A stretch of DNA of 64,000 nt from Spirochaetes bacterium RBG_16_49_21 (GCA_001829495.1 MIBJ01000037.1:107443-171442); one strand, 5' to 3'. Counted from the stretch's first letter, positions 51,287-60,690 are shown. Made by a program: numbers and translations. Notes: generated by a model from the letters alone, not told the origin.

Positions 51287-52522
51287 ATGCCACCACTATC
51301 TATGCTCTGGGAAAAGAAAAAAACTCAACAATTGCATTTTTTTGTCTCTATAGGCTCGGGATTGAATCAGATTCCCCTCATCGTGGAGGCAAAAAAGCTT
51401 AAATTCAACGTCATCGGCGTGGATTACAATACCGCGGCTCCCGGATTCTACTCCTGCGATTTAAAAATACAGGAATCCATTGAAAATCGGGACGTTTTAT
51501 ACAAGAAATTACGCGAGCTTCTGATTGACGGCGAAATCAGCGGGATCATGACCAAATCGTATGGACAAGCCATAGTCACGACGAGCTATCTGGCGGAAAA
51601 ATTCAACATCCCCTTTCTTCCCTATGCCATAAGCCATTGCTTCATCAACAAAAAAAAGATGAAATCGGTTTTCAGGGAAAACGGCATCGCTACCCCGCAG
51701 ATCATCCCCTTAAGCGCGAAAACAAAGCTGGAAAAACTCCCTAAAGAAGGCTATCCCGTGATTGTGAAGCCGAATTCCGGCCACGCAAAATTCAACGTGC
51801 GGCTCGCACGCAATGAAACCGAATTGCATGATTTTCTTTCCGCTCAGAACAACCCCGAGGACTATGTCCTGGAAAAATTCATTCAAGGCGACGAGATTAT
51901 CGTCATCGGGCTTGTCCACAATAAGAAGTACCACCTTGTCGAGATCACGGACAAAAAAACGAATTTCCCTCCCTATTTCATCGATATAATGCATATCGCC
52001 CCTTCACGATACGACCATTGCGCCGGAAAGATCAACGCGATCGGCCAGGCCGTGGCAGAGGCTTTTTCGATCACTAACTCCCCGCTCATTATGGAATTTG
52101 TAATCGACAAGGATGAGGAGCCGTACCTCATTGAGGCTGTTCCTGAATTCGGCGGCGAATTTATTCCCGACATACTCATACCGGCCAGCACCGGGTACAA
52201 CATAATCAGGGAAGCCATAAAGTCCATGACGAGGAAAAGCTTCAACCCTCCGCCCTCAACCCGAAAAAATCAAACAGCGGTCGTGGTGCGCTACATTACC
52301 GGGGAGAAGGGGATTCTGGCATCATGCAATCCGGACGGCCCCGGTAAGGAAAACGGCACCATATTTTCCCGGATATTCAAGGAGATCGGCTCGCCGGTTA
52401 ATGATCCGGTCACGAACCTGGACCGGGTGGGGGTCGTCGTTGTCGCGGCCCGGACCGCCGGAGAGGCCGTGGCTCTTTCAGAAAAGGCGGCCGGGAATTT
52501 CAATATAAGGATAAAGCCCTGA
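51287..52522 (+). CDS. ATP-grasp domain enzyme of unknown specificity
   Basis: A pre-ATP-grasp Rossmann-like N-terminus is followed by ATP-grasp blocks (KKKMKSVFRENGIATPQ, YPVIVKPNSGHA, LEKFIQGDEI, EAVPEFGGE). The stop overlaps the next gene start (TGATG at 52520-52524). Confidence 0.8.
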   Translation: MPPLSMLWEKKKTQQLHFFVSIGSGLNQIPLIVEAKKLKFNVIGVDYNTAAPGFYSCDLKIQESIENRDVLYKKLRELLIDGEISGIMTKSYGQAIVTTSYLAEKFNIPFLPYAISHCFINKKKMKSVFRENGIATPQIIPLSAKTKLEKLPKEGYPVIVKPNSGHAKFNVRLARNETELHDFLSAQNNPEDYVLEKFIQGDEIIVIGLVHNKKYHLVEITDKKTNFPPYFIDIMHIAPSRYDHCAGKINAIGQAVAEAFSITNSPLIMEFVIDKDEEPYLIEAVPEFGGEFIPDILIPASTGYNIIREAIKSMTRKSFNPPPSTRKNQTAVVVRYITGEKGILASCNPDGPGKENGTIFSRIFKEIGSPVNDPVTNLDRVGVVVVAARTAGEAVALSEKAAGNFNIRIKP

Positions 52523-53166
52523 TGGCCGGCAAAACATGGGACGATCACTACGCATCCGAGAAGGCGGGGCTCCGGTATCCTGATGAAAACCTGGTGCGCC
52601 TCCTCACAAAGGAGCTCTCCCGGCTGAAAAAGCCGTTGCCCTTGACCGCGGTTGACATCGGCTGCGGCAGTGGAAGACACCTGAAGCTTTTGAGCGACCT
52701 GGGTATCGGCTACGTCCTCGGCCTGGATTCAAGCTCCAACGCGCTCCGGATGGCCAAAAAACGCTTTTCATGGCCGCTTCTGCTCGCCGACGCGAGCAAT
52801 ATCCCCCTGAAAGACGCCTCAGCCGATATTGCCGTTGCCTGGGGCTCGCTCCACTATGGGAGGAAGGAACAGCTCCCGGTAATGCTGGGCGAGATAGAGC
52901 GGATACTGGCTCGAAAGGGGCATCTTTTTGCAACGCTCCGCTCAATCAGGGACACCCATTTGAAAACAGGAAAACATCTGGGCAATGACGTGTGGATGAC
53001 CCGGCTCGATGATATCAGCGGCTCCGTCGTCTCATTTTATTCCGAAGATGAGCTGATCCGGGCTTTTTCCCTGTTCACGGAATTCAAATTCGGGCTCATG
53101 GAACGGACTCTTGTCGGAGACACAAGCGCGCTGATCTCCCATTGGGTAGTGCATGCGGTTAAATGA
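52522..53166 (+). CDS. Class I SAM-dependent methyltransferase
   Basis: Motif I VDIGCGSGRH and a post-I acidic residue (LGLDSS). 214 aa. Translationally coupled to the ATP-grasp gene. Confidence 0.8.
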   Translation: MAGKTWDDHYASEKAGLRYPDENLVRLLTKELSRLKKPLPLTAVDIGCGSGRHLKLLSDLGIGYVLGLDSSSNALRMAKKRFSWPLLLADASNIPLKDASADIAVAWGSLHYGRKEQLPVMLGEIERILARKGHLFATLRSIRDTHLKTGKHLGNDVWMTRLDDISGSVVSFYSEDELIRAFSLFTEFKFGLMERTLVGDTSALISHWVVHAVK

Positions 53167-53201
53167 ATTGGCGTGACTACCCGGATAACTCTCGCAGAGA
53201 C

Positions 53202-53312
53202 GACCTCACCCTCGGCCCCTCTCCAAATTGGAAAGGGGGGGAATTAGGACGAGCTTAATTCTGCGGAAACCCTCTCCGATTCGGAGAGGGTGCGCAGAGC
53301 GCGGGTGAGGTC
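53202..53312. repeat. Nested palindromic intergenic element (GACCTCACCC ... GGGTGAGGTC with two internal C-run/G-run hairpins)
   Basis: The outer arms GACCTCACCC (53202-53211) and GGGTGAGGTC (53303-53312) are reverse complements. Internal hairpins are CCCCTCTCC-AAATT-GGAAAGGGG and CCCTCTCC-GATTC-GGAGAGGG. Confidence 0.85.
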
Positions 53313-53373
53313 AGAGAAGCATTCTTTGCGCCTTTGCGAGAAATTAATTATAAAATAGCTGAGTAGTTAAGAA

Positions 53374-54300
53374 TTGGCTATACGAATAAATATGATTGAT
53401 AGTTCTATAAAACCAAATGCATTCAATGAGCGGCTCTCTGCATGCCCGCTCTGCGGCGGCGGCAATATACGGTTTCTTTTTACGATAGAAAAATACACCC
53501 CGTCCTTCGGCGTGGACCGGTGCGGCTCGTGCGGATTCATATTCATGAATCCGCGCTTTAACGACGCAGCCGTATCCGGTTTTTACGATGAAGATTATTA
53601 TTCCGGCGGGTCCGAATATTCATATCATGACGAGCGAAAATCCCTGAAATTTTTCTCTCCGGTGTGGAATAAGAGAATCGCCATTATAAGAAAATATGTG
53701 AAGGAGGGGAACCTGCTCGATGTGGGCTGCGCATTCGGCGGATTCCTGAACGCAGCCGCACACTACTTTGTCCCCCATGGAATTGAAATTTCTCCATACG
53801 CCGCAGCCCATGCACAGTCGATACTCGGGAATACGATACACATGGGCACGCTGGCGGACCATCCCTTCCCGCATAATTACTTTTCCGTAATAACCATGAT
53901 AGAGCTTCTGGAACACCTGCCGGATCCGGCTGCGGCGCTCAGGGAAAGCCGCAAGCTTCTGCGGCGCGGCGGACTTCTGGTGGTACAGACCGCGAATATG
54001 GACGGATTGCAGGCGAGGGTCTTCGGCAGGAACTACGCCTATTTTATGCCCGGCCATCTGTCGTATTTTACCCGGCAGAGCCTGACCATGCTTCTACAAA
54101 AAATCGGATTCGGGAAAATCAGGGTATATTACCCGGTTGAGTTCGGTCTCATGCCCAAACTGATGAAATCGAGATCCGATATAACGCGGCTTTGGGATTA
54201 CCGGAAATGGATCAGGATCGCCGCGTATCACTACGCGAGCAAGATCCATTTCGGCAATGTCGCGGCCACCAGCTCCATGGTGGTATACGCAATTAAGTGA
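53374..54300 (+). CDS. Class I SAM-dependent methyltransferase with an N-terminal Cys4 zinc-ribbon-like motif
   Basis: CPLCGG...CGSCGF, then motif I LLDVGCAFGGF and a Methyltransf_23-like body. The track start at 53374 is TTG; the first ATG is at 53392. Confidence 0.8.
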   Translation: MAIRINMIDSSIKPNAFNERLSACPLCGGGNIRFLFTIEKYTPSFGVDRCGSCGFIFMNPRFNDAAVSGFYDEDYYSGGSEYSYHDERKSLKFFSPVWNKRIAIIRKYVKEGNLLDVGCAFGGFLNAAAHYFVPHGIEISPYAAAHAQSILGNTIHMGTLADHPFPHNYFSVITMIELLEHLPDPAAALRESRKLLRRGGLLVVQTANMDGLQARVFGRNYAYFMPGHLSYFTRQSLTMLLQKIGFGKIRVYYPVEFGLMPKLMKSRSDITRLWDYRKWIRIAAYHYASKIHFGNVAATSSMVVYAIK

Positions 54301-54353
54301 CAAAATACTTGACCCGTTCAAACGCCTGTTATCTTCTGCCAGTCAGATAAATT

Positions 54354-54540
54354 ACTTGAGTTAGGCGTTTTTTATCAATACCTGCCGCTCCCTCCCCCTT
54401 GAGGGGGGAGGGCTGGGGTGGGGGTGAGGAATTTATAGTGAGTGCATGATTTTTTATAGAGCGAAATCACCTATTCCACCCTCCCCTAACCCCTCCCATC
54501 AAGGGAGGGGAAATCATTACAAAAATTCGCCCAACACGAA
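54354..54540 (+). repeat. Composite nested-palindrome element, copy 2 (47-nt core)
   Basis: Same modules as copy 1: ACTTGAGTTAGGCG (54354-54367), arm A CTCCCTCCCCCTTGAGGGGGGAGGGCTGGGGTGGGGGTGAGG (54388-54429), arm B CCACCCTCCCCTAACCCCTCCCATCAAGGGAGGGG (54477-54510), and a degenerate outer repeat CGCCCAACACGAA (54528-54540). It ends 24 nt before the ATG at 54565. Confidence 0.85.
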
Positions 54541-54564
54541 TAATAAAATCATAAAAAAATCTCA

Positions 54565-56610
54565 ATGAACCGAATCTGGCAAAAAATAAAATCACGCTAT
54601 TACTCTAATCTTTATTTGGCGGCAGCGCACGCCACCTTCATCATCTTGTTGTTTTTAGGCTACCGGATCAGGGTATATCGCTACATCCGATCGATCTATC
54701 CCGATATCCAGATACGGGGCTTAGGGGAATATATCTCTCTCGGGATACATTACGATTCCCTGGCCATTTTCTTTACTCTGCTTCTGTTTTTCATGCTGAT
54801 TCTTCTTCTCGGCGGAGCCGGAAAAATCAAATATATTTTGTTATCGCTCATTTCCATTATTTTCATCTTTTTTATGCTTTTCGGCATCGAGTTCTTCAGG
54901 GTCTATGAAACCACGTTCCAGACGAACTTTGCCGGCAGGGAGCAGCTTTCGGGTCTGAGGCTTGTCATTGAATCGGCTCTTGCCGAATTCTCAACTGAAT
55001 TCTATGTTTTATTGCTTACTCTGTCCTTAGTAATAATTGCCATCAACTATCTATTCGGCGGCCGGATGCAAAGCCGCGATTCCCGTCATGCGGATGAAAT
55101 GCCTCGGCACGGCTCCGCAACCAGGCTCATTCAAATCTTCCTCCCCTCCGTGCTCCTCTTATTCCTGGCGGCAGGTCTCGCCACCGAACCGGAAATTAAA
55201 TCCGGAAAATTCATTCCGCGGTATAGAAAAGAAGAGGCCGGAAAATATATCTCCCTGCTTCATGAGTTCTCGATGAACCCGGCATACAACCTGGTAACGC
55301 GGGAAGCGACCCTGATGCAGCAACAGCAGCAGACAAACGAAACCGGCTCGAGCAATGTCCCCTTTACCTTTAAGCTCAATACCGATTCGATATTCCATGC
55401 ACGGCGATACAAACGCCGGGACATCATACCCCGCGGTAAAAGATACAACATCATACTCTATTTTTTCGAATCCACGCCCTATAAATACTATGACATAAAA
55501 GTCCGCGGCAGACAGGTCATCCCGGCCTGGCACCGGCTGGAGAAAAACAGCATCAATTTCCGGCACCATTATGTAAACTATCCCCTCTCGGCCAACGCCC
55601 TGATATCCGTATTCGCCTCTGCCTATGACCTGAATACCCCGGACCTGCTCATCCAGAAATATCCAAAAATTAAGCTGATAACACTTCCTGAGATTCTTAA
55701 AGACCGCGGATACCGGACATGCCTGATCCACAGCGGCGGGCTCGGGTATGCGGGACAGAGGCGGTTTCTGGAACGCCGGAAATTCGACGCCATATATGAT
55801 TACAATTATTTGATAAAGATCGAGCCGTACAACCGGCAGGTAGGATGGGGGGTAGACGAACGCGCCATGATCAAGCCGGGCATAGAATTTATTAAAAAAG
55901 ACGCGGCAAGGCCGTATCTTGTGGTCTTTATGCCGGTAAATCCCCACCACCCGTATGCAATCCCCGGCAAACAGTTCCAGATTACCGGGGACATACCCGA
56001 AGACATCGACTCCCGGAAAAGGAGCTGGCTGAATTACCTGAATTCGCTTCACTACGCAGACGCGTCCCTCGGCATGCTGGTCGACGAACTCGACAAGGAA
56101 GCCCTATTGGACGACACCCTTCTCTTCATCTTCGCCGACCACGGCGAAGCCTTTTACCAGCACCGGAGGAATTACAACCACCCTCTGTACCTGTACAATG
56201 AGAACGTTCATGTTCCCTTCCTGATATACAATAAAAAGATATTCACCGCTCCTTTATACTTCGACGGTATTACCCGACACATTGATATCCTGCCCACGAT
56301 CCGGGACATATTGGGAATTCCCCCTGTCCCTGAAGAGGAAGGAATTCCGATTCTCGCGCCGCACCGCGAACAGCTTGCCCTTCTGCACACCTCATGGAAG
56401 GACGACTATATGGGAATCGCGGACGGAAACTGGAAATATATCTGCCGGACGAACGACCGGCTTGAGGAGCTCTATGATCTCGGGAAGGATCCCAACGAAA
56501 AAAATAATGTCGCGTCAACACATACGGACATCGTCGAGCGGTACCGGGCGTACGTTCTCAAGGCGAGAAGATATAAAGACGATTACTACGAGCGGATATT
56601 AAAAAGATAA
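54565..56610 (+). CDS. LtaS/sulfatase-like (alkaline-phosphatase superfamily) polytopic membrane protein
   Basis: Five or so N-terminal TM segments, then an extracytoplasmic sulfatase-type domain (ILYFFESTPYKYY, NPHHPY, FIFADHGEAF). The architecture matches that of lipoteichoic-acid synthase/phosphoglycerol or phosphoethanolamine transferases. Confidence 0.78.
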   Translation: MNRIWQKIKSRYYSNLYLAAAHATFIILLFLGYRIRVYRYIRSIYPDIQIRGLGEYISLGIHYDSLAIFFTLLLFFMLILLLGGAGKIKYILLSLISIIFIFFMLFGIEFFRVYETTFQTNFAGREQLSGLRLVIESALAEFSTEFYVLLLTLSLVIIAINYLFGGRMQSRDSRHADEMPRHGSATRLIQIFLPSVLLLFLAAGLATEPEIKSGKFIPRYRKEEAGKYISLLHEFSMNPAYNLVTREATLMQQQQQTNETGSSNVPFTFKLNTDSIFHARRYKRRDIIPRGKRYNIILYFFESTPYKYYDIKVRGRQVIPAWHRLEKNSINFRHHYVNYPLSANALISVFASAYDLNTPDLLIQKYPKIKLITLPEILKDRGYRTCLIHSGGLGYAGQRRFLERRKFDAIYDYNYLIKIEPYNRQVGWGVDERAMIKPGIEFIKKDAARPYLVVFMPVNPHHPYAIPGKQFQITGDIPEDIDSRKRSWLNYLNSLHYADASLGMLVDELDKEALLDDTLLFIFADHGEAFYQHRRNYNHPLYLYNENVHVPFLIYNKKIFTAPLYFDGITRHIDILPTIRDILGIPPVPEEEGIPILAPHREQLALLHTSWKDDYMGIADGNWKYICRTNDRLEELYDLGKDPNEKNNVASTHTDIVERYRAYVLKARRYKDDYYERILKR

Positions 56611-56611
56611 T

Positions 56612-57424
56612 TTAGAACCTCATCCCCGCTTGAATGCCGGTCATTCTTCCTGAAAAAAAAGAAATAGTGACCGCATCGGATCTGAATTTGTGCATCGCCG
56701 GTATGAGATATCCTATGATGGTGCCGATCAATGCGCCGGCGATTATGTCCGTGGGGAAATGGAGCCCTGCCGCGAATCTGAAATAACCGGCAAGTGCGGC
56801 GACCGGCAGCGCTCCGGCGAGCACCAGATACCTCAACTCGGATTTAAACAGGTCGCATACCGCCGTGGAAAGAAAGACCATGGACCCGAAGGCGAGGGAT
56901 GCGTGGAGGGAATAAAATGATGAAGATGAAAATCCGTCCCGGGGCTTTCTTTCAAACAGGTTGTTTACGTACAGATACGGCCTTTTACGGTTCACCAGGG
57001 CCTTGCTCATGCCGTTGGCGGCCTGAACGAAAATCATAACCTCGGCATACATGACCGCCAGGGTCAGGGCATGCATATTTTCCCTTTTTTGAAGATACGG
57101 TATGGTCAGTAACAGGGGCGTTACCGATGCTGCAACGGTCAGGGCGTCGCTCGCTTCGCTTGCTCCCGTAAGGTGCCTTCCCACTGCCGGACGGTCCCAT
57201 TCACTCAAATTATCCTTCTGCGCCCGTATGGTTTCAAGCCATCCCGGAACGGGCCGTATCGAATAGAGGTAGAGCGATACCCCGGCTGCCGCGCATCCGA
57301 CAGAGAGAAGGGTCGCATCGGTCGCGGCATCGAGCCTGTAGGGAAAGGCCGCAGCCTCAGAGGCGGAAAGCTCCGGGCGGGCGGACAGCAGAACGAGGAT
57401 AAAAAAAATCATTCGTGCAAGCAT
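56612..57424 (-). CDS. PAP2-family membrane phosphatase
   Basis: Signal peptide, several TMs and PAP2-like motifs (KALVNRKRPY; SFYSLHAS; FRFAAGLHFPTDIIAG). Convergent with the LtaS-like gene with only a 1-nt gap. Confidence 0.75.
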   Translation of the reverse strand: MLARMIFFILVLLSARPELSASEAAAFPYRLDAATDATLLSVGCAAAGVSLYLYSIRPVPGWLETIRAQKDNLSEWDRPAVGRHLTGASEASDALTVAASVTPLLLTIPYLQKRENMHALTLAVMYAEVMIFVQAANGMSKALVNRKRPYLYVNNLFERKPRDGFSSSSFYSLHASLAFGSMVFLSTAVCDLFKSELRYLVLAGALPVAALAGYFRFAAGLHFPTDIIAGALIGTIIGYLIPAMHKFRSDAVTISFFSGRMTGIQAGMRF

Positions 57425-57456
57425 AGTGCCATTATGCAGCAGCCGAGCAGCCTCCG

Positions 57457-58833
57457 TTACTTCCTCTCCCTCAAATTCAAATACTTTCTTTCCTCAGAGC
57501 TGACCTGGATATAGGCGGGCCGGAGGATTTTCCCCTGCATTATCTGTTCGATCCTGTGGGCGCACCAGCCCACGACCCGCGCCATGGCGAAAATAGGGGT
57601 ATAGAGCTCTTTGGGTATGCCCAGCATCTCATACACCAGGCCTGAATAGTAGTCAACGTTGGCGGAAAGGAGCTTGCCGTTGCGCTCGGAAAGCATTTTT
57701 GAAGCCACGGCCTCTATCTTATCGTACAGGAGAAATTCCTCCATCATATCATGTTTCTCGGCCAGTTTTCTCGCGTATTCCTTCAGGATCAATGCCCGGG
57801 GATCGGACACGGTATAGACCGCGTGGCCGAATCCGTATATTTTGCCCGATCCGTCGCCCGTCTTCTTCTCCAAGCGGCGGGAAAGATACGTCTTGATCTC
57901 CCGTTCGCTGTCCCAATTCTTGACGCCTTTTTTCAATTCTTTCATCATCATCTTTACCGACTCGTTCGCCCCCCCGTGGAGATGCCCGGAGAGCGACGCG
58001 ATCCCTGCGGCAATGGCCATGTAGGTACCGGCGCCGCTGGAAGAGACTGAGCGCACGGTGAAGGTGGAGTTGTTTCCGCCGCCGTGCTCCGCGTGGAGAA
58101 TGAGGGCGATGTCGAATATATGCGCGTCTTCATCATCCGGGGTATCGCCGTGCAGGAGATAGAGGAAATTCTCCGCTGTGGAGAGCTCGGGCTTGGGCCT
58201 GAGTATCTTCAGGTCGAATCCCTTGCTGTACCGGAGAACGTTGTAATTCGTTGCGACGATAGTCGGGAATTTCGCTATCAGGTTTATGCTCTGGCGGCAC
58301 ACGATGGCGATATCGGTCGATTCCGGCTCCTCGTCGCAACGGCTCATGTGGGAGATCACGCTGTGAAGCGCGTACATCTGGTTGTCATTCTCAACCTCGC
58401 CCATGATAATCTGCCGCTCCGCCCTGGACAGGGACCTTCTCTTATTGAGCTCCTGAGTGAACATCGTAAGATCCGAGGGCTTGGGCAGCTCACCGGCCAG
58501 GAGCAGGTATGCCACCTCCTCGAATCCAAACTTTTTTTGCTTTTCAACGGCCTTGACGATCTTCGCCACGTCATATCCGCAATAAAAAAGCCTGCCGGGA
58601 ATCGGCTTGACTTCGTATATCCTCTTTTCAGGATCCTTTAAAACCTTCTCATAACCATCAACCCGCCCCTTGGTCGTGATACCCACAACCACGCCGGAGC
58701 CGTCGGGATTGCGCAAGCCCAATTTAACGTCCCGCTCCCGGACGACCTCCGGGGTCAGGTAATCGTTCAGAAGGGTCAGCTTCTCGATTTTTTTCAGTAT
58801 ATTTTCCATGGGCAATCCCTTTATCTTTACCAT
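57457..58833 (-). CDS. Citrate synthase
   Basis: Citrate-synthase blocks LILHAEHGGGNNSTFT, GHLHGGANE, GFGHAVY and the C-terminal RPAYIQ region. An alternative ATG at 58809 (MENILKK) is possible. Confidence 0.88.
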   Translation of the reverse strand: MVKIKGLPMENILKKIEKLTLLNDYLTPEVVRERDVKLGLRNPDGSGVVVGITTKGRVDGYEKVLKDPEKRIYEVKPIPGRLFYCGYDVAKIVKAVEKQKKFGFEEVAYLLLAGELPKPSDLTMFTQELNKRRSLSRAERQIIMGEVENDNQMYALHSVISHMSRCDEEPESTDIAIVCRQSINLIAKFPTIVATNYNVLRYSKGFDLKILRPKPELSTAENFLYLLHGDTPDDEDAHIFDIALILHAEHGGGNNSTFTVRSVSSSGAGTYMAIAAGIASLSGHLHGGANESVKMMMKELKKGVKNWDSEREIKTYLSRRLEKKTGDGSGKIYGFGHAVYTVSDPRALILKEYARKLAEKHDMMEEFLLYDKIEAVASKMLSERNGKLLSANVDYYSGLVYEMLGIPKELYTPIFAMARVVGWCAHRIEQIMQGKILRPAYIQVSSEERKYLNLRERK

Positions 58834-58900
58834 TCCACGTAAAGAAACCGAATTTCACTGTCAACATTTTAATGGCGCAGCGGAGGAAAATCGATACGTA

Positions 58901-60526
58901 TTACTGCTTGCTTCGATAGTACCGTATCAGGTTGTTGGTGGAGCCGTCATGTTTCAAGTCCGCCGAAAATAGAGGATCAAGCTCCGGCAGGATTTTCTTC
59001 GCCAGCTCTTTGCCGAGCTCCACGCCCCATTGGTCAAAGGAATAGATGTCCCAGATGATTCCCTGGGTAAATATCTTGTGCTCATACATTGCGATGAGCT
59101 TTCCGAGGGTATGCGGAGTCAATTGCTCGGCCATGATCGTGTTCGTCGGCCGGTTCCCCGCGCATAGCCGGTACGGGATGAGCCGCCGGGGGACTCCTTC
59201 CGTAATGAGGTCCGTCGCCGACTTCCCGAAGGCCAGGGCTTCGGTCTGGGCGAACAGATTCGCCATGAGCTTGCGGTGGTGGTCGCCGGCGCTGCGGAGC
59301 GGCCTGGCGAACCCGATGAAATCGGCCGGGATGAGCTTCGTCCCCTGGTGCAGGAGCTGGTAAAACGCGTGCTGCCCGTTCGTGCCTGCCTCGCCCCAGA
59401 TGATCGGCCCGGTCTGGTAGGAGACCCGCGCGCCGGAGCGGTCAACGCCCTTGCCGTTCGACTCCATGTCCGCCTGCTCCAGGTACGCCGGGAGCCGGCA
59501 CAGATACTGGCTGTACGGCAGGATTGCGTGCGTCTCCGCGTTGAAAAAATTGTTGTACCAGACCCCCAGCAGGCCCATGACGGCCGGAATGTTTTTTTCG
59601 AGCGGAGCGTGACGGAAATGATTGTCGATGTCGTTGAATCCGGCCAGCAGGGACATGAAGGCCTCGTACCCGATCGAGATCATAACGGGCAAACCGATGG
59701 CTGAGGTCAGGGAGTACCTTCCCCCGACCCAGTCCCAGAACCCGAACATGTTCTCCGGATCAATGCCGAACCTCGTGACCGCGTCCTCGTTGGTCGAAAC
59801 CGCCACGAAATGGAACGGTACCGCCTGCTCGGATATGAGACTGCCCAGAAGCCACTTCTTCGCGGTTTCGGCGTTGGTCAGGGTCTCCTGCGTGGTAAAG
59901 GTTTTGGACTCGACTATGAAAAGCGTCTCCCCGGGATCAAGCCCCTGCAGGGCCTCCAGTATGTGCGCATCATCGACATTGGACACAAAGTAAAATGAAA
60001 GATCCCGCTTTGAATAATATCTCAGGGCCTCGGTCGCCATGCAGGGGCCCAGGTCCGATCCGCCGATGCCGATATTGACGATATTCTTAACCGGCTTGCC
60101 GGTATATCCCCTCCACCGGCCGGAGCGGACTTTTTCAGAAAAGGACCGCATTTTTTCAAGCATTGAAAAAACGGAGGGCATGACATCGCTGCCGTCAAGG
60201 AGTACCGGCGTTCGCTTCACATTTCTTAAAGCCGTATGGAGCACCGCCCTCCCCTCGGTCTCATTTATCCTCTCGCCGCCGAACATCCGCTCAATCTCAT
60301 GCGGCAGGCCGGCCGCAGCGGCAAGCTCCCTGAGAAGCTGCATGGTGACTTCGGTGATTCGGTTCTTCGAGTAGTCGAAACATATATCCCCTTCATCAAT
60401 GGTGAATTTTTCAGCCCTGTCCCGATCGGTCCCGAAAAGCTCTTTCAGGGTAATATCTTTTATTTCACGATAATGCCGGGCAAGGGCTTTCCATTCCTTC
60501 GTTGCGGTTAATGGTTTTTCAGGCAT
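58901..60526 (-). CDS. pgi: Glucose-6-phosphate isomerase
   Basis: PGI signatures [39 protein letters not shown]. 541 aa. GAGGA Shine-Dalgarno sequence upstream of the ATG at 60526. Confidence 0.93.
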   Translation of the reverse strand: MPEKPLTATKEWKALARHYREIKDITLKELFGTDRDRAEKFTIDEGDICFDYSKNRITEVTMQLLRELAAAAGLPHEIERMFGGERINETEGRAVLHTALRNVKRTPVLLDGSDVMPSVFSMLEKMRSFSEKVRSGRWRGYTGKPVKNIVNIGIGGSDLGPCMATEALRYYSKRDLSFYFVSNVDDAHILEALQGLDPGETLFIVESKTFTTQETLTNAETAKKWLLGSLISEQAVPFHFVAVSTNEDAVTRFGIDPENMFGFWDWVGGRYSLTSAIGLPVMISIGYEAFMSLLAGFNDIDNHFRHAPLEKNIPAVMGLLGVWYNNFFNAETHAILPYSQYLCRLPAYLEQADMESNGKGVDRSGARVSYQTGPIIWGEAGTNGQHAFYQLLHQGTKLIPADFIGFARPLRSAGDHHRKLMANLFAQTEALAFGKSATDLITEGVPRRLIPYRLCAGNRPTNTIMAEQLTPHTLGKLIAMYEHKIFTQGIIWDIYSFDQWGVELGKELAKKILPELDPLFSADLKHDGSTNNLIRYYRSKQ

Positions 60527-60543
60527 AGGGTCCTCGGTTAATC

Positions 60544-60690
60544 AGTCAAGTTGGACGAATTTTATTATTCCCCTCCCTCGATGGGAGGGGTCAGGGGAGG
60601 GTGATTAGATTGGCTCTTCACCCCCACCCCAGCCCTCCCCCATCAAGGGGGAGGGAGTAAGAGGTATTAACGAGATTCGCCTAAGTCAAG
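60544..60690 (-). repeat. Composite nested-palindrome element, copy 3 (inverted relative to copies 1-2; 13-nt core)
   Basis: On the + strand: CCCCTCCCTCGATGGGAGGGGTCAGGGGAGGGTGA (60570-60604, reverse complement of arm B), then a 13-nt core. Next comes TCACCCCCACCCCAGCCCTCCCCCATCAAGGGGGAGGGA (60618-60656, reverse complement of arm A), then CGCCTAAGTCAAG (60678-60690). On the pgi coding strand the order is again arm A, core, arm B. It ends 17 nt before the pgi ATG. Confidence 0.85.

Noticed and set aside
54354-54540. Integron attC-like sites: the outer repeats contain GTTAGGC (GTTRRRY) and GCCTAAC (RYYYAAC).
   Set aside because: The order is GTTRRRY...RYYYAAC on either strand, the reverse of the attC R''...R' order. 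There is no intI integrase or cassette array. The elements sit upstream of core genes such as pgi rather than downstream of promoterless cassettes.
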